Numbered from the stretch's first letter, positions 38,644-52,924 are shown. The stretch is DNA of 64,000 bases from Octopus vulgaris (GCA_951406725.2 OX597835.1:40238001-40302000); one strand, 5' to 3'. The notes: generated by a model not told the origin, from the sequence alone. Made by a program: numbers and translations.

Positions 38644-40095
38644 ACATTCATATCCCTCAACTTTATAACCCCACTCAGTTGAAGGGTTTTGTCATCTAGC
38701 AACCTCATCTATGCTGGTGCCACGAGAAAAGTACCCAGTATATTCTGTGAAATGGTTGGCAATAGGAAGGACACCCAGCTGTAGAAAATCATGCCAAAGC
38801 AGATATTCAAGCTTGATGCAGGTCTTGGGTCGCCAGCTTCAGTTCAGCTGTTCGGCCCATGCCAGGATTGAAAAACAGATGTTAAATGATGATGAGAGAT
38901 ATTCCCTAATGCTTTTTTAAATTTGCTTGGAACAATTCCTAAGCCTTTCAACTCACTACTGCACATCATTAAAATTATTTATTTGGTATAAATAATTAGT
39001 CAAAACTAGTACGCTATTATTGCTATGATAATTAGTACACAATTATCTTTTGCCATGGGAAACATTATCAAGTCTATCATATATAACCTATATAAAAGAT
39101 ATATTATATTTATAAATGAGACAGGGCTAATTTAGCTGTTTCTCCATAGATTGGGAAAATGCTGAACAACCTCAGTCAACTTTCGAGTCTTATTGGACTC
39201 TCATCAGAGGTGTCTGCATCAATTTGACCAATACCAGAGGAACAAGCAGCCGATCTGTCTATTCAACAATTACAGTAGCTACAGAAAGCAGGGGCTACTA
39301 ATTTACATACCATAGGTAGGTAGGTAGATAGAGATATAGATAGATAAGTTTCTTTATTAGCCACACAGGGCTGCACACTGAAGGGACAAATTACAAGGTA
39401 GAGCTTTTCTTTTGGGGGATGAAAAAAAAAAGTGGCATAGGTTTTCGATCAAAAGGGACCGTAAAAGGGAAAAAAGAAAAAAGAGGAAAAAAAACGATCA
39501 ATAGGGATCATGTATCATAGTGTCATGATGTACGGTGTAAAGGGGGAAGCAGATAAGGTTTATCCGTGGGAAGAAAAGCCTACGAAAAAGACCACGGTAA
39601 CCTTGGTCAATATTGTTATATGTTACCACATTTGTTTGCAAGTGGGTAACTGTTTTAAATTTCCGGGTTCATAGGATTATGCTCAAGGTGGCTTCGTCAT
39701 TCATACGTACCAAGATAGGTAGGTAGGTAGATATTTGTAGAAAAACCTGTTGCATAAGCAAACTGTGACTGATTGAAAGCCAGTATTGATCTATGTTCAA
39801 TGGGAATTCTTTGATTTTTGCTTGTTGTTTTTTCTGTAACAGTTAACAAAATAATGCATTTATTGATTGTAAAATAAACATCCTTATATCTTTCATAAAC
39901 ATCTGTTTATATATTATATTATACTCTACATTTTATATACTATCTATTGTGAATAGCAGAATACATCTAATATTAATAATAATAATATTAGTAATAACGG
40001 AATATTATATATGCTTATGGATGTAGATGTGTATGTATATTTCAGTATATATAAGTAGTCATGTGTTACTATATATGTATGTATATTTATATCTA

Positions 40096-40146
<51 letters not shown>

Positions 40147-40241
40147 ATATATATATATATATATATATTCAAATGTGTGTGTATTTTGTTTATTTTATAT
40201 TTATATTTATATTTATTACTATAACTTAACATTTGTATTTT

Positions 40242-40370
40242 ATAATCTCTGACGAAGCCTAGAGATATATACAAGTACCTCATGTTCATCTACCTATTAC
40301 CACAATCCACTTGAATAATATAGGTAGAATGAGGTATTTTTATCTATTGGCTGAAACAGCTGTAAGTTAT
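40242..40370 (+). ncRNA. Type I hammerhead ribozyme motif with long stem II
   Basis: CTGACGA-AGCC..(hairpin of about 90 nt)..GGCT-GAAA-CAGCTG-TA; stem I ATAA(T)CT/AGTTAT. Confidence 0.7.
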
Positions 40371-41326
40371 TTTACCAATTTATATTCATGCTTTTTTATA
40401 ATAATTACTGGTATCCTTATATATTATTATATTTTATATCTTATATGTAAAGAACAATTTGCTATATGTATGTGTGTTATAATTATCAGTTTAATTAATA
40501 TATAAGTTAACATTTTAATGTCTAAAAGTTGATGAACCACCTATTGTTCTCCTCCATTTTCTTATTTGCGAATGATAGATCGTTAGCCACTACACACATT
40601 TTCTTCTCTCCTTGTTTTTTCTGTGTACCTTTCTGTAGAAGAGTGTAGGCTCGAAATGTAAAAGTCATTTTCTATTCCTGAACGTTATACTAATAGATCT
40701 GTTTGTTTTGTACACCACCTGTCTTCGTCTTTTGTTTTTTTCCATAAACTCTCCCTATACACACACACACACACACACACACATATCCTCATGATTTTTT
40801 AATGTCCTTCTTCCATGCATGCATAGTTATATACATACATACATACATACTCTCTCTCTCTCTCTCTCTCACACACACATACATACACACACATACATAC
40901 ACACACATTATGGCTACTCTAGTCTTTCTAAATGCTTCAATGTAGCAAAATAGTCACCAGGACCTTCTGTACTGATTGCTGGCTTTTGAACAATCGAGAT
41001 CATTACAATGTGCCTCTTCTATGTCTTACTAAACCTATTTCTACTAGGCAAGTGTTTGTCTACTAAACTAAGGAAAATCTTACTTGGGTTTTAACATTTG
41101 AAGAGAAGGGGTTAGGGCCTGGCATGTAACTAATCCTTTCCTTGAAACCACCAGCAACCAAACCTTCATATATGTATGTGTGTGTGCACATATATATATA
41201 TATATTCAAACATATAAGGGATGGCCATAATAGGACATCCGACTCACTAGAAAGAGCAGTTAAACTCCAAACCACTAATAGTTGTAATTCTGAAATGGAA
41301 AGAGAAATAAAAACGTTTACCCTCTC

Positions 41327-41409
41327 CTTTCTGGACTATGCATAGTTTCGGCAATCTTTAGTAAATAAAATAAATTTATTTACAACTGGCGTGCCTCTTC
41401 AGCAGAAAG
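41327..41409 (-). ncRNA. Type I hammerhead ribozyme motif with intact core
   Basis: Minus strand reads CTTTCTG-CTGAAGA-GGCA..TGCC-GAAA-CTATGCATAG-TC-CAGAAAG; 7-bp stem I, palindromic stem III, GUC cleavage triplet. Confidence 0.85.
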
Positions 41410-42768
41410 CCAAGGACTACCATATAGTCACGAAGCGATAATAACCATGCCTTGAGTCTATATGCTATAACTTTTCAAAACCCACCACACTCGCACGGTT
41501 TTCAAGGCAGCAAATATAAACTGCCGATTTAATTTCAAAATTAGCCAAAAAATCATTAATTAATAAATTTTAGGGTAGCAAAATCTTCTAGAAAAATTCT
41601 CCGCTACCAGTGGTCAAGTGAGAAAGAAAAAATAGTCAACAGACTATATAATATACATTCAAACATATTATCAATATATATATATATATATATATATACA
41701 TACGAGCAAAAGACCCCTCCCCCCATCCAATGGACGGTGCTGAGTTGTCAAACATGTCAACCAAATTTTCTCAAAACTACTTGTTCGACCGTCCCATAGG
41801 CCTCCCCCTTGAGAAACACTGATTTAACCTAAATTTGAGACACCAGCAAAAGAAGAAATAAAGATAGACTTTTTTTCTATTCCAAAGAAAAACGATTTTA
41901 TTCACAAAAATATGCAACCGAAGAGTTTAAAGTACCAGTAAGTACATCGCAACAGCTGATGTACTTGCGCATACAAATGAATGTTCCCACGGCTTTATTG
42001 ATCGCATTCTCACCTGGAATCGATTTTTGTAATTTTTTTCAAGATTTATACATGCCCTGATACCGTCGGTATCTACATATCAAATTTGAGTGCAATCGGA
42101 TGGAGGATGCCCAAGATCCTAAAAGACACACACACACACAGACAGACAGAAGGGATAATATATAAATATATATATATATATATACTCTTTTACTTGTTTC
42201 AGTCATTTGACTGCGACCATGCTGGAGCACCGCCTTTTAGTCGATCAAATCGACCCCGGGACTTATTCTTTGTAAGCCCAGTACTTATTCTATCGGTCTC
42301 TTTTGCCGAACCGCTAAGTGATGGGGACGTAAACACACCAGCATCGGTTGTCAAGCAATGCTAGGGAGACAAACACATACACACGCACATATATATTTAC
42401 ATATATATGACAGTTTCCGTCTACCAAATCCTCTCACAAGGCATTGGTCGGCCCGGTGCTATAGCAGAAGTCACTTGCCCAAGATGTCACGCAGTGGGAC
42501 TGAACCCAGAACCATGTGGTTGGTTAGCAAGCTACTTATCACACAGCCACTCCTATATGTATATATATATATATCCCTCTCTCTCTTTCGCAGAGGCACA
42601 AGCACCTACACGCACATATACACACACGGCAGTAACTTTCGCCTGCCGAATTCAATCACAAAGCTTCGGTCGGCTTGGGGCTATAGCGGAAGACACCTAC
42701 CCAAAGTGCCACACAGTGGGACTGAACCCGAAACCATGTAGCTAGGAAGCAAGCTCCCTAGTCACACA

Positions 42769-42886
<118 letters not shown>

Positions 42887-43756
42887 TGTACTCATACACA
42901 TATACATATAGGTATGTATGTGTATATGTGACTGTGTTGTAAGAGGCTTCCTTCCCAACCACAGGCTTCCAGGTTCAGTCCCACTACATGGCACTTTGGG
43001 CAAGTGTCTTCTATAGCCTCAGGCTGACCAAAGCCTTATGAGTGAATGTGGTAGACGGAAACTGAATGAAGCCTGTTTGTGTGTATTTGTTTGTTCCCCT
43101 CCCTCCATCGCTTGACAACCAATGTTGGTGTGTTTACGTATCGTGACTTAGTGGTTTGGCAATAGAGACTGATAGAATAAGTACTAGGCTTACAAAGAAT
43201 AAGTCCTGGGGTCAATTTGTTCGACTAAAGGTGGTGCTCCAGCATGGCCGCAGTCAAATGACTGAAACAAGTAAAAGTGTAAAAGGAAGGAACATATATA
43301 CATATAAAACCACCTATGGCTTGTCATCCGGTGTTGGGTTGTTTGCATTCCTGTAACTTAGTCTGCAAATGAGACTAATAGAATCAGTACTAGGTTTTGA
43401 AATAAGTCCTGAGGATGACTTGTTCGACCAAACCTTTCAATCTGGTGCTCCAGCATGGCTGCAGTTGAATGATTGAGACAAAAGATAAAAGTATAAAATT
43501 ACACAATGAAAGTTTAATTATAATTTACCTTGAGAGAGGGAGGAAGAGAGGAGGAAGAGGAGAGAGAAGAAGGGATAGAAAGAAAGACAGAGGTGCAGGA
43601 GTGGCTGTGTGGTAAGTAGTTTGTTTACCAACCACATTGTTCCGAGTTCAATCCCACTGCATGGCACCTTGGGCAAGTGTCTTCTACTGTAGCCTCGGGC
43701 CGACCAAAGCCTTGTGAGTGGATTTGGTAGACGGAAACTGAAAGAAGCCTGTTGTA

Positions 43757-43795
<39 letters not shown>

Positions 43796-43849
43796 GGAGA
43801 TGTACTCGCATAGCAAGTAATTTGATCTGAGATCGTGTGCTGAAACGAC

Positions 43850-43917
<68 letters not shown>

Positions 43918-44289
43918 TATGTGTGTGTGCATGTATCCCCCCAACATCGCTTGACAACTGATGCTGGTGTGTTTACATCCCTGTAACTTAGCGGTTCGGC
44001 AAGAGACACCGATAGAATAAGTATTAGGCTTACAAATAATAAGTCCTGGGGTTGATTTACTCGACTAAAGGCGGTGCTCCAGCATGGCCACAGCCAAATG
44101 ACTGAAACAAATAAAAGAATAAGAAGTGAGGGAGAGAGAAAGAAAGAGAGAGTGAATAAAAGAGAAAGTAAGAGAGGGAGGGGTGAGAAAGAGAGAGAGA
44201 GAGAGGAATTTACCGTTCTGGGATTATTTTCCCAAGCTGCGACACCTGAAAGATGAGGTCATCAATGTTGTCCGACCCCTAATAATAAT

Positions 44290-45160
44290 ATATAATAATA
44301 ATGAAATTATTGTATACAGTGCTCAGGTGCACCACAACTTGTCAGAAAGTGCGTATAAATCATATGCAGTAATGTACAAATGTCTGGGAAGTGAACAATG
44401 TATGAGTCAGATACATTCTTGTGTGTGCATGGAGGGGAGAAAATCAGGTGTAGTGTTGGCGAATCTCAGGAAGCATGGAAGTTTTGAAGGATGCAGTGCT
44501 CCGACAACTAACAACTGATGCCAGCAGTTTGTTCCATGCTTCAGCGTGTGTATGGAGGGGAGGAAATCAGGTGTAGTGTTGGCGAATCTCAGGAAGCATG
44601 GAAGTTTTGAAGGATGCAGTGCTCCGACAACTAACAACTGATGCCAGCAGTTTGTTCCATGCTTCAGCGTGTGTATGGAGGGGAGGAAATCAGGTGTAGT
44701 GTTGGCGAATCTCAGGAAGCATGGAAGTTTTGAAGGATGCAGTGCTCCGACAACTAACAACTGATGCCAGCAGTTTGTTCCATGCTTCAGCGTGTGTATG
44801 GAGGGGAGGAAATCAGGTGTAGTGTTGGCGAATCTCAGGAAGCATGGAAGTTTTGAAGGATGCAGTGCTCCGACAACTAACAACTGATGCCAGCAGTTTG
44901 TTCCATGCTTCAGCGTGTGTATGGAGGGGAGGAAATCAGGTGTAGTGTTGGCGAATCTCAGGAAGCATGGAAGTTTTGAAGGATGCAGTGCTCCGACAAC
45001 TAACAACTGATGCCGGCAATTTGTTCCATGCTTCAGCGTGTGTATGGAGGGGAGGAAATCAGGTGTAGTGTTGGCGAATCTCAGGAAGCATGGAAGTTTT
45101 GAAGGATGCAGTGCTCCGACAACTAACAACTGATGCCGGCAGCTTGTTCCATGCTTCAGT
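44290..45160 (-). mobile_element. CR1 LINE 3' end with an internal 123-bp unit repeated 6 times (44424-45159)
   Basis: Matches the reverse complement of 3792-4045; the ORF track shows a 41-aa periodicity. Confidence 0.9.
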
Positions 45161-45607
45161 AGTGTCAGAATGCATTTAAATTCAAATTCCAATACTTATT
45201 TATAAAGGATTGTTTCTTGTATTCTACAAAGTTAACTGTAGAAATTTAATAAAAAAACATCAATTTTTCTGAAAATTATGAGGAAATAAAGTCGTGGGGG
45301 TACACATGTGTAGGTATACTTCAAGAACTTGATTGTATAACATGTCATTTCTTTACTTAAAATAAAACCGACAGCAGAGTAAGTATTTACCTGTTTGGCT
45401 GTTATTTCTAGCAAGTCGAATCAAATGGCATGATCCTCACATCCTTATGAAAAACTCAGCTGGGAAGGGAATTAAACCTGTTTTACTTTTCAAAAAAGCA
45501 AGAGTTATGTCCCTTGCTCCAGTTTTATTCCTGTTTCACTCTTGTGGATCTCCATAACCAACCGATGTTTAAAAACATCTTATTGTATTTTCATAATTAC
45601 ATATTTT

Positions 45608-46026
45608 GGATCTTTTCGGTTTGAACGACAGTTTTTTTAAATAATTTCCACGTAACTAAACACTTTTTAACTTCGTATACTGGTAGAATGTGTTTATAAA
45701 ACATCTTTTTCTCTTGGCTTTATTGAGAAAATTCTATAGTTTGTAAAATATTTGTTGTTTTTTTCCTTCAATTTCTGCAATTTCAACCAATCAATGACCT
45801 CCATTGAGGTAAAAAAAACATTCTGTGCCGTATGAATATGTCCCTCGTTTAAGAAACAGATTGGGTTTATTTACATTTGTGAAGAAAAAAAGATACCCTT
45901 CCCCCACCCCTAACCCTAACCCTAAAACAGATTGAAATGCAATAGATCGATACTAGGGTCATAATTATGGGTGATAATTTCATATGACACCGCTAGAAAA
46001 AACTGCCGTTCAAACCGAAAAGATCC
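45608..46026. mobile_element. GGATC-family MITE
   Basis: TIRs; 8-bp TSD CATATTTT; internal (CCCTAA)3. Confidence 0.93.
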
Positions 46027-47117
46027 CATATTTTTTTTTAATAAATATTATCAGTGAAGGCGCATGGCTCAGTGTTAGAGCGTCGGGTTCAATATAATAA
46101 GGTCGTGAGTTCGATTCCTGGACCTTGCTGTGTGTTGCGTTCTTGAACAAAACACTTTATTTTATGTGGCTCCAGTTCACTCAGATGTAGACATGAGTTG
46201 CGATGTCACTGGTGCCACGCTGTACTGTCCTTACCCTTGGATAACGTTGATGGCATGGAGAAAGGAAGCTGGTATGCATGGGTGACTGCTAGTCTTCCAT
46301 AAATAGCCTTACCTGGACTTGTACATCAAAAGATAACTTTCTAAGGGCAATCCCATGGTCATTCATAGACAGCTATGTGCAATGTGTTACGCCTAGTCTT
46401 TGTTTTAATGCCTACTTTTCCATGATTGCATGGGTCAGACGAAATTTGTTGAGGCAAGTGGATGCACTTCCTGCCACTAACCTTTGTTGCCAAGTAAGAT
46501 AACATTTCCCCTTGACTAGACATGTTTTCACATAGAATTTGATAAGAAGGACACTGTTTTATGGTGGTAACACTAGTTTACAACTTTCACATGATGTCCA
46601 GGCAAAGAGACAAACACTCGCACACACATGCATGTGCACAGATACACACACACATGCGTGCGCACATGCACACACACAGATCAACCAAATCCACTCACAA
46701 AATTTTGGTTGGTCCCAGGCTATAGTTGACTACATGTTTCCAGGTGTCACAAAACGGGACTAATCACAGAGCTATGCAGTTGGGAAGTAAACTTCTTACC
46801 ACACAGGCACACCTGTGACATCCCTCTTACCAAAAAGGAAAGCTATAAGTGTCACTAACTATGACTAGGGTGTTAGAATACCTACATTGCTAGAAGTAAT
46901 AGCTAAAAAGCTCTAATGCTGTAGTTAAAGCACACAATTGTACATATATTGTACACATTGGCGCAGGAGTGTGGTAAGTAGTTTGCTTGCCAACCACATG
47001 GTTCCGGGTTCAGTCCCACTGCATAGCACTTTGGGCAAGTGTCTTCTAGTGTAGCCCTGGGTTCGACCAAAGCCTTGTGAGTGGATTTGGTAGATGGAAA
47101 CCTGAAAGAAGTCTGTC

Positions 47118-47173
<56 letters not shown>

Positions 47174-47415
47174 ATGTTTGTGCGTGTGTTTGTCCCCCTA
47201 GCATTGCTTGACAACCGATGCTGGTATGTTTACGTCCCCGTCACTTAGCGGTTCGGCAAAAGAGACCAATAGAATAAGTACTGGGCTTACAAAGAATAAG
47301 TCCCGAGGTCGAGTTGCTCGATTAAAGGCGGTGCTCCAGCATGGCCGCAGTCAAATGACTGAAACAAGTAAAAGAGTGGATTTGGTAGATGGAAACTGAA
47401 AAGAAGCCCATCGTA

Positions 47416-47464
<49 letters not shown>

Positions 47465-48916
47465 ATATGTTTGTGTGTCTGTGTTTGTCCCCCAACATCA
47501 CTTGACAACCGATGCTGGTGTGTTTACGTCCCCATAACTTAGCAATTCGGCAATAGAGACAGATAGAATAAGTACTAGGCTTACAAAGAATAAGTCCTGG
47601 GGTCAATTTGCTCGACTAAAGGCGGTGCTCCAGCATGGCCACAGCCACATGACTGAAACAAGTAAAAAGAGTATATATATCAGAAATGTTTCATGCAAAC
47701 TAAATTACTCTACAATTCATTTTTGTAAATATATGTCTTCTATAGTGGAGACGCGTGGCTTAGTGGTTAGGGTGTCAGCACTATGATCATAAGATTGTGG
47801 TTTCGATTCCTGGACCGGGCAATGCGTTGTGTTCTTCAGTAAAACACTTCATTTCATGTTGCTCCAGTCCACTCATCTGGCAAAAATGAGTAACGCTGTG
47901 ATGGACTGGTGTACCATCCAGCTGGGGAACACATACGCCATAGAAACCAGGAAACCGGGCCCATGAGCCTGGCTAGGCTTTAAAAGGGCACATTTATTTA
48001 TTTATATGTGTACTATATTGTATAAGTAGGTAAGTATCTTTGAGTATTGTCTACACTAGAGTGTGTGTGTGTGTGCATGTTTAGATATGCTTATGTTTTT
48101 GTACCTGTATGTGAGATACCAGGGCTGGTGGCACGTAAGAGAACCATCCGAACATGACCGTTGCCAGCGCCGCCCCAACCGGCCTCCGTGCCAGTGGCAC
48201 GTAAAAAGCACCATCCGAATATGGCCGTTGCCAGCCTCGTCTGGCCCCATGTGCAGGTGGCACGAAAAAAGCACCATCCGAATATGGCCGTTGCCAGCCT
48301 CGTCTGGCCCCATGTGCAGGTGGCACGAAAAAAGCACCATCCGAATATGGCCGTTGCCAGCCTCGTCTGGCACCTGTGCAGGTGGCACATAAAAAGCACC
48401 AACCGATCGTTGCTGTTGCCAGCCTCACCTGGCATGTAAAAAGCACCCACTACACTCTCGGAGTGGTTGGCGTTAGGAAGGGCATCCAGCTGTAGAAACA
48501 CTGCCAGATCAGACTGGGCCTGATGCAGCCTTCTGGCTTCCCAGACCCCAGTTGAACCATCCAACCCATGTTAGCATGGAAAATGGACGCTAAACGACGA
48601 TGATGATGATGATGATGATGATGTGATTGCATTGTTGTAGTTTCTGTGGAGGTGTATGATTAGAGAGTGTGTAGGGAAGTGGGCAAAGTAGAAAGAGCGC
48701 TGAACTTCAGCCTTTAGAGTTCAGATTACTCTCTCAAACAATAAGCTCATTTCTTCATGTTGTTTTGAATTAGTCTAGCATTACCTTGAAGCTTTCAGAT
48801 TTCAATGATATGATTGTTTATTTAGAATGACATTGTAGGGTAGGTATGACAGGTCAGATCTGACCAATTTGAACATAAAACAGGTTGAATATTTTGGTCG
48901 GATATGGCCAGCTTAA

Positions 48917-49137
48917 CCCTTTCGTTACCGTATCTATTTTGAGATGCTCTGTGTTTCTTTCAATTATTTTAAATATAACAAAGAATTTAGTAAAATAACT
49001 TAGTTATCATTAAGCTAGTGTTAGGAATATAAATTGCGACTAAGTTTTGGTGGTATATTTTAATGCAAAACTTATGCAAACAAGACATTTGTACTACAGA
49101 ACCAGAGCAGGTTTTGGCCAGGTTAGTAACGAAAGGG
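48917..49137. mobile_element. piggyBac-type MITE nested in another piggyBac-type MITE (about 48706-49152)
   Basis: TTAA|CCCTTTCGTTAC...GTAACGAAAGGG; the host element matches 15260-15479. Confidence 0.72.
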
Positions 49138-51425
49138 TTCCTAAAAGGTTAAGCATGTTTTTGGTGACAGAATTTTGAGAATTCACATTCAAATTTCCTA
49201 AGCCCTCACTCTCTTTCTCACACCTTTGATCTATATATCTTTCTACTGCTGACCTATTTAAATTTGCAATTTACGATTTCGTAAAGTATTTTTGTGGTTT
49301 TCCTTGTCATTTATCTGTCTCCAGCTGTAACTTGAATCCCTGACCCATAAATTTTGATTGCTGGGTTTTTCCAATTGTGTGCTATGGTGAGAAGAATTTT
49401 TGTTTTTGATTTTTATTTATAACCACATGTTTCTGGGTTCAGTCCCACTGTGTGGCACCTTGGGCAAGTGTCCTCTACCATAGCCTCCGGTCGACCAAAG
49501 CCTCGTGGAAGGATTTTGTTGGCAGAAACTGAAAGAAGCCTGTTGTGTGTGTGTCTTTGTTTGTCCTCTACCACTGCTTGACAACCAATGTTGGTTTGTT
49601 TGCATCCTCATACCTTAGTAGCTCAAAAAAAGAGACCATTACAATAAGTACCAGGGTTGATTGATTTGACTAAAAATTCTTCAAGGTAGAGGAGTGGCTG
49701 TGTGGTAAGTTGCTTGCTTACCAACCACATGGTTCCGGGTTTAGTCCCACTGCGTGGCATCTTGGGCAAGTGTCTTCTGCTATTGCCTCAGGCGGACCAA
49801 ACCCTTGTGAGTGGATTTGGTAGACGGAAACTGAAAGAAGCCTGTCGTATATATGTATATATATGTGTGTGTATGTGTGTGTATATGTTTGTGTGTCTGT
49901 GTTTGTCCCCCTAGCATTGCTTGACAACCGATGCTGGTGTGTTTACATCTCCGTCACTTAGCGGTTTGGCAAAAGAGACCGATAGAATAAGTACTGGGCT
50001 TACAAAGAATAAGTCCCGGGGTCGAGTTGCTCGACTAAAGGCGGTGCTCCAGCATGGCCGCAGTCAAATGACTGAAACAAGTAAAAGAGTAAAAGAGAGT
50101 AAAGAGAGAGTGGAGCCCCAGCATGGCCACATGAAACAAATAAAAAGTAAAACAATAAGGATTGATAACAACTGACATTCTAGAATGTATTTTTGCTTTG
50201 TTTTGTAAGAGTAAATTATTTGTCTTTTCTTATGGAAGTTTCTGTACAGCTGCAAAAGGTTGTGTTTAAAGAGGGAACATTTGGTAAAAAATATCATTTT
50301 ACAAGTGCAAAATATCATTTAACCAAAAATACCATTTACCAGTCTGCGTAGATATAGCCTGGTTCTAAAGTTACACTAAGCAACCACATAAAGAAGGCAC
50401 CTGGATGCATACTACACAATTCTTAACTCATTTTTTCATATTACACAAAATATATCTTGTTCTATTTGGGGACGGTCATGTTGCCAGTTTAGCCAATAAA
50501 AACACGTACTATAAATTTGGTGATACTTTGCCTCAGCTTTATTTTATTTTTTACATTAATCGTATTTCGGCCAGAGTTCTTTCGTCACACTTTTGTGACC
50601 TCATCAGTGGTCCTTTGCTTTCTTCTTTCTTAGGACCATACTCTTTTACTCGTTTACTCTTTTACTCTTTTACTTGTTTCAGTCATTTGACTGCGGCCAT
50701 GCTGGAGCACCGCCTTTAGTCGAGCAAATCGACTCCGAGTACTTATTCTATCGGTCTCTTTTGCCGAACCGCTAGGTGACGGGGACGTACACACACCAGC
50801 ATCGGTTGTCAAACAATGCTAGGGGGACAAACACACACACACAAATACACACACATACATACATATATATACATATATACGACAGGCTTCTTTCAGTTTC
50901 CGTCTACCAAATCCACTCACAAGGCATTGGTCGGCCCAGGGCTATAGCAGAAGACACTTGCCCAAGATGCCACGCAGTGGGACTGAACCCGGAACCATGT
51001 GGTTGGTTAGCAAGCTACTTACCACACAGCCACAACGTCCGTTTTTCATGCTAGCATGGGTTGGACGGTTCGACCGGGGTCTGGTATGCCATGGAGGCTG
51101 CACCAGCCTCCAGTCTGATCTGGCAGTGTTTCTACAGCTGGATGCCCTTCCTAACACCATCCACTCCGTGAGTGTAGTGGGTGTTTTTTACGTGCCACCG
51201 GCACTGGGGCCAGGCTAGGCTGGCAAACGGCCACGATCGGTTGGTGCTTTTACATGTCACCGACACAGATGCCAGTCAGGTGGCATTGGCATCTGCGACG
51301 TTCGGATGGTGCTTTTAACGTGTCACCAGCACGGGTATCTTAACAACAATTTCCATTTGAATTTTTATTTTGATGTTGATGTACTTGACTCAGTAGGTCT
51401 CCTCGAGCACATATATATTTTTTCA

Positions 51426-51470
<45 letters not shown>

Positions 51471-52409
51471 ATGTTGATTCGTTAGCTACTGCACGCATTT
51501 TTTTCTCTCCTTCTTTCTGTGTTTTTCTCTCTCTGTGTATCTTTCTGTTGAAGAGCGTAGGCTCGAAACGTTAAAGACTTGTTTTATTTATATTTCCTGA
51601 GCGCCATACTAATACAATTGTTCGTTTGTTTTCCACCTGCCTTCGTCTTTTGTTTATTTTCATAAAGCTTCCCGTTATATATATACACACATACATATAT
51701 ATATGTACATACACACACACACATATATATTGCCCAAATGAGAAAAATATCAGAGTAAATGTATAAAGCAGTGTTTGCATATAACTGCAATTTAGGTCAG
51801 CTGAAATATGTTTGTCACATATTTCAACTGCTAAAGGCAAATACACAGCATGTTGTGTTCTTGAGCAAGACTCTTCATGTTGCTCCAGTTCCCTCAGCTG
51901 TAGAAATGAGTTGTGACAACACAGGTGCCAAGCTGTATTAGCCTTTGCCTTTTCCTTGCATAACACTGGTGGCATGGAGAGGAGAGGCCGGGGTGCATGG
52001 GCGTTTTTCATAGGCGTAGGAGTGGCTGTGTGGTAAGTAGTTTGTTTACCAACCACATGGTTCTGGGTTCATTCCCACTGCGTGGCACCTTGGGCAAGTA
52101 TCTTCTACTATAGCCTCGGGCTGACCAAAGCCTTGTGAATCGATTTGGTAGACAGAAACTGAAAGAAGCCCGTCATATATATATGTATATATATGCGTGT
52201 TTGTGTGTCTGTGTTTGTCCCCCTAGCATTGCTTGACAATCGATGCTGATGTGTTTATGTCCCCGTTACTTAGCGGTTCGGCAAAAGAGACCGATAGAAT
52301 AAGTACTAGGCTTACAAAAGAATAAGTCCCGGGGTCGAGTTGCTCGATTAAAGGCGGTGCTCCAGCATGGCCGCAGTCAAATGACTGAAACAAGTAAAAG
52401 AGTAAAAGA

Positions 52410-52473
<64 letters not shown>

Positions 52474-52541
52474 TGAGGGAATATTATTCCAAACTTACAG
52501 GGAAAAATTCAATTTAGAAATACTAAATCAAATATCACAAA

Positions 52542-52590
<49 letters not shown>

Positions 52591-52924
52591 AAATTTATAT
52601 GTTTTTACTTTTTTGCACTTTTTTTAATCATCGTTATATGTTTTATCTTATATTTAATCTTTCTATAAGATGTAATTTTTCTAAATGGTATAATTTATTT
52701 TTTCATTATTGAATTGATAAAAGGTGTCTTTTTTTTCTAATTTATATATATGTATATATATATATACAACTTATAAACAAGGGCAAAAGAAAAAATTTCT
52801 TATTTTCTTTTTCCTTTTTCTTTTACCCTTCTTTAGAAGTTGTTTATAAATTTAACCTTTGAAGGTATTTTTTAATATGCTGGCCATTGATAAAATTTTT
52901 TCGAAAAATTTTATCCTATATTAG

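Noticed and set aside
44407-45192. 261-aa repeat protein ORF
   Set aside because: Open only because a stop-free 123-bp CR1 segment is tandemly repeated; it is not the CR1 coding frame.
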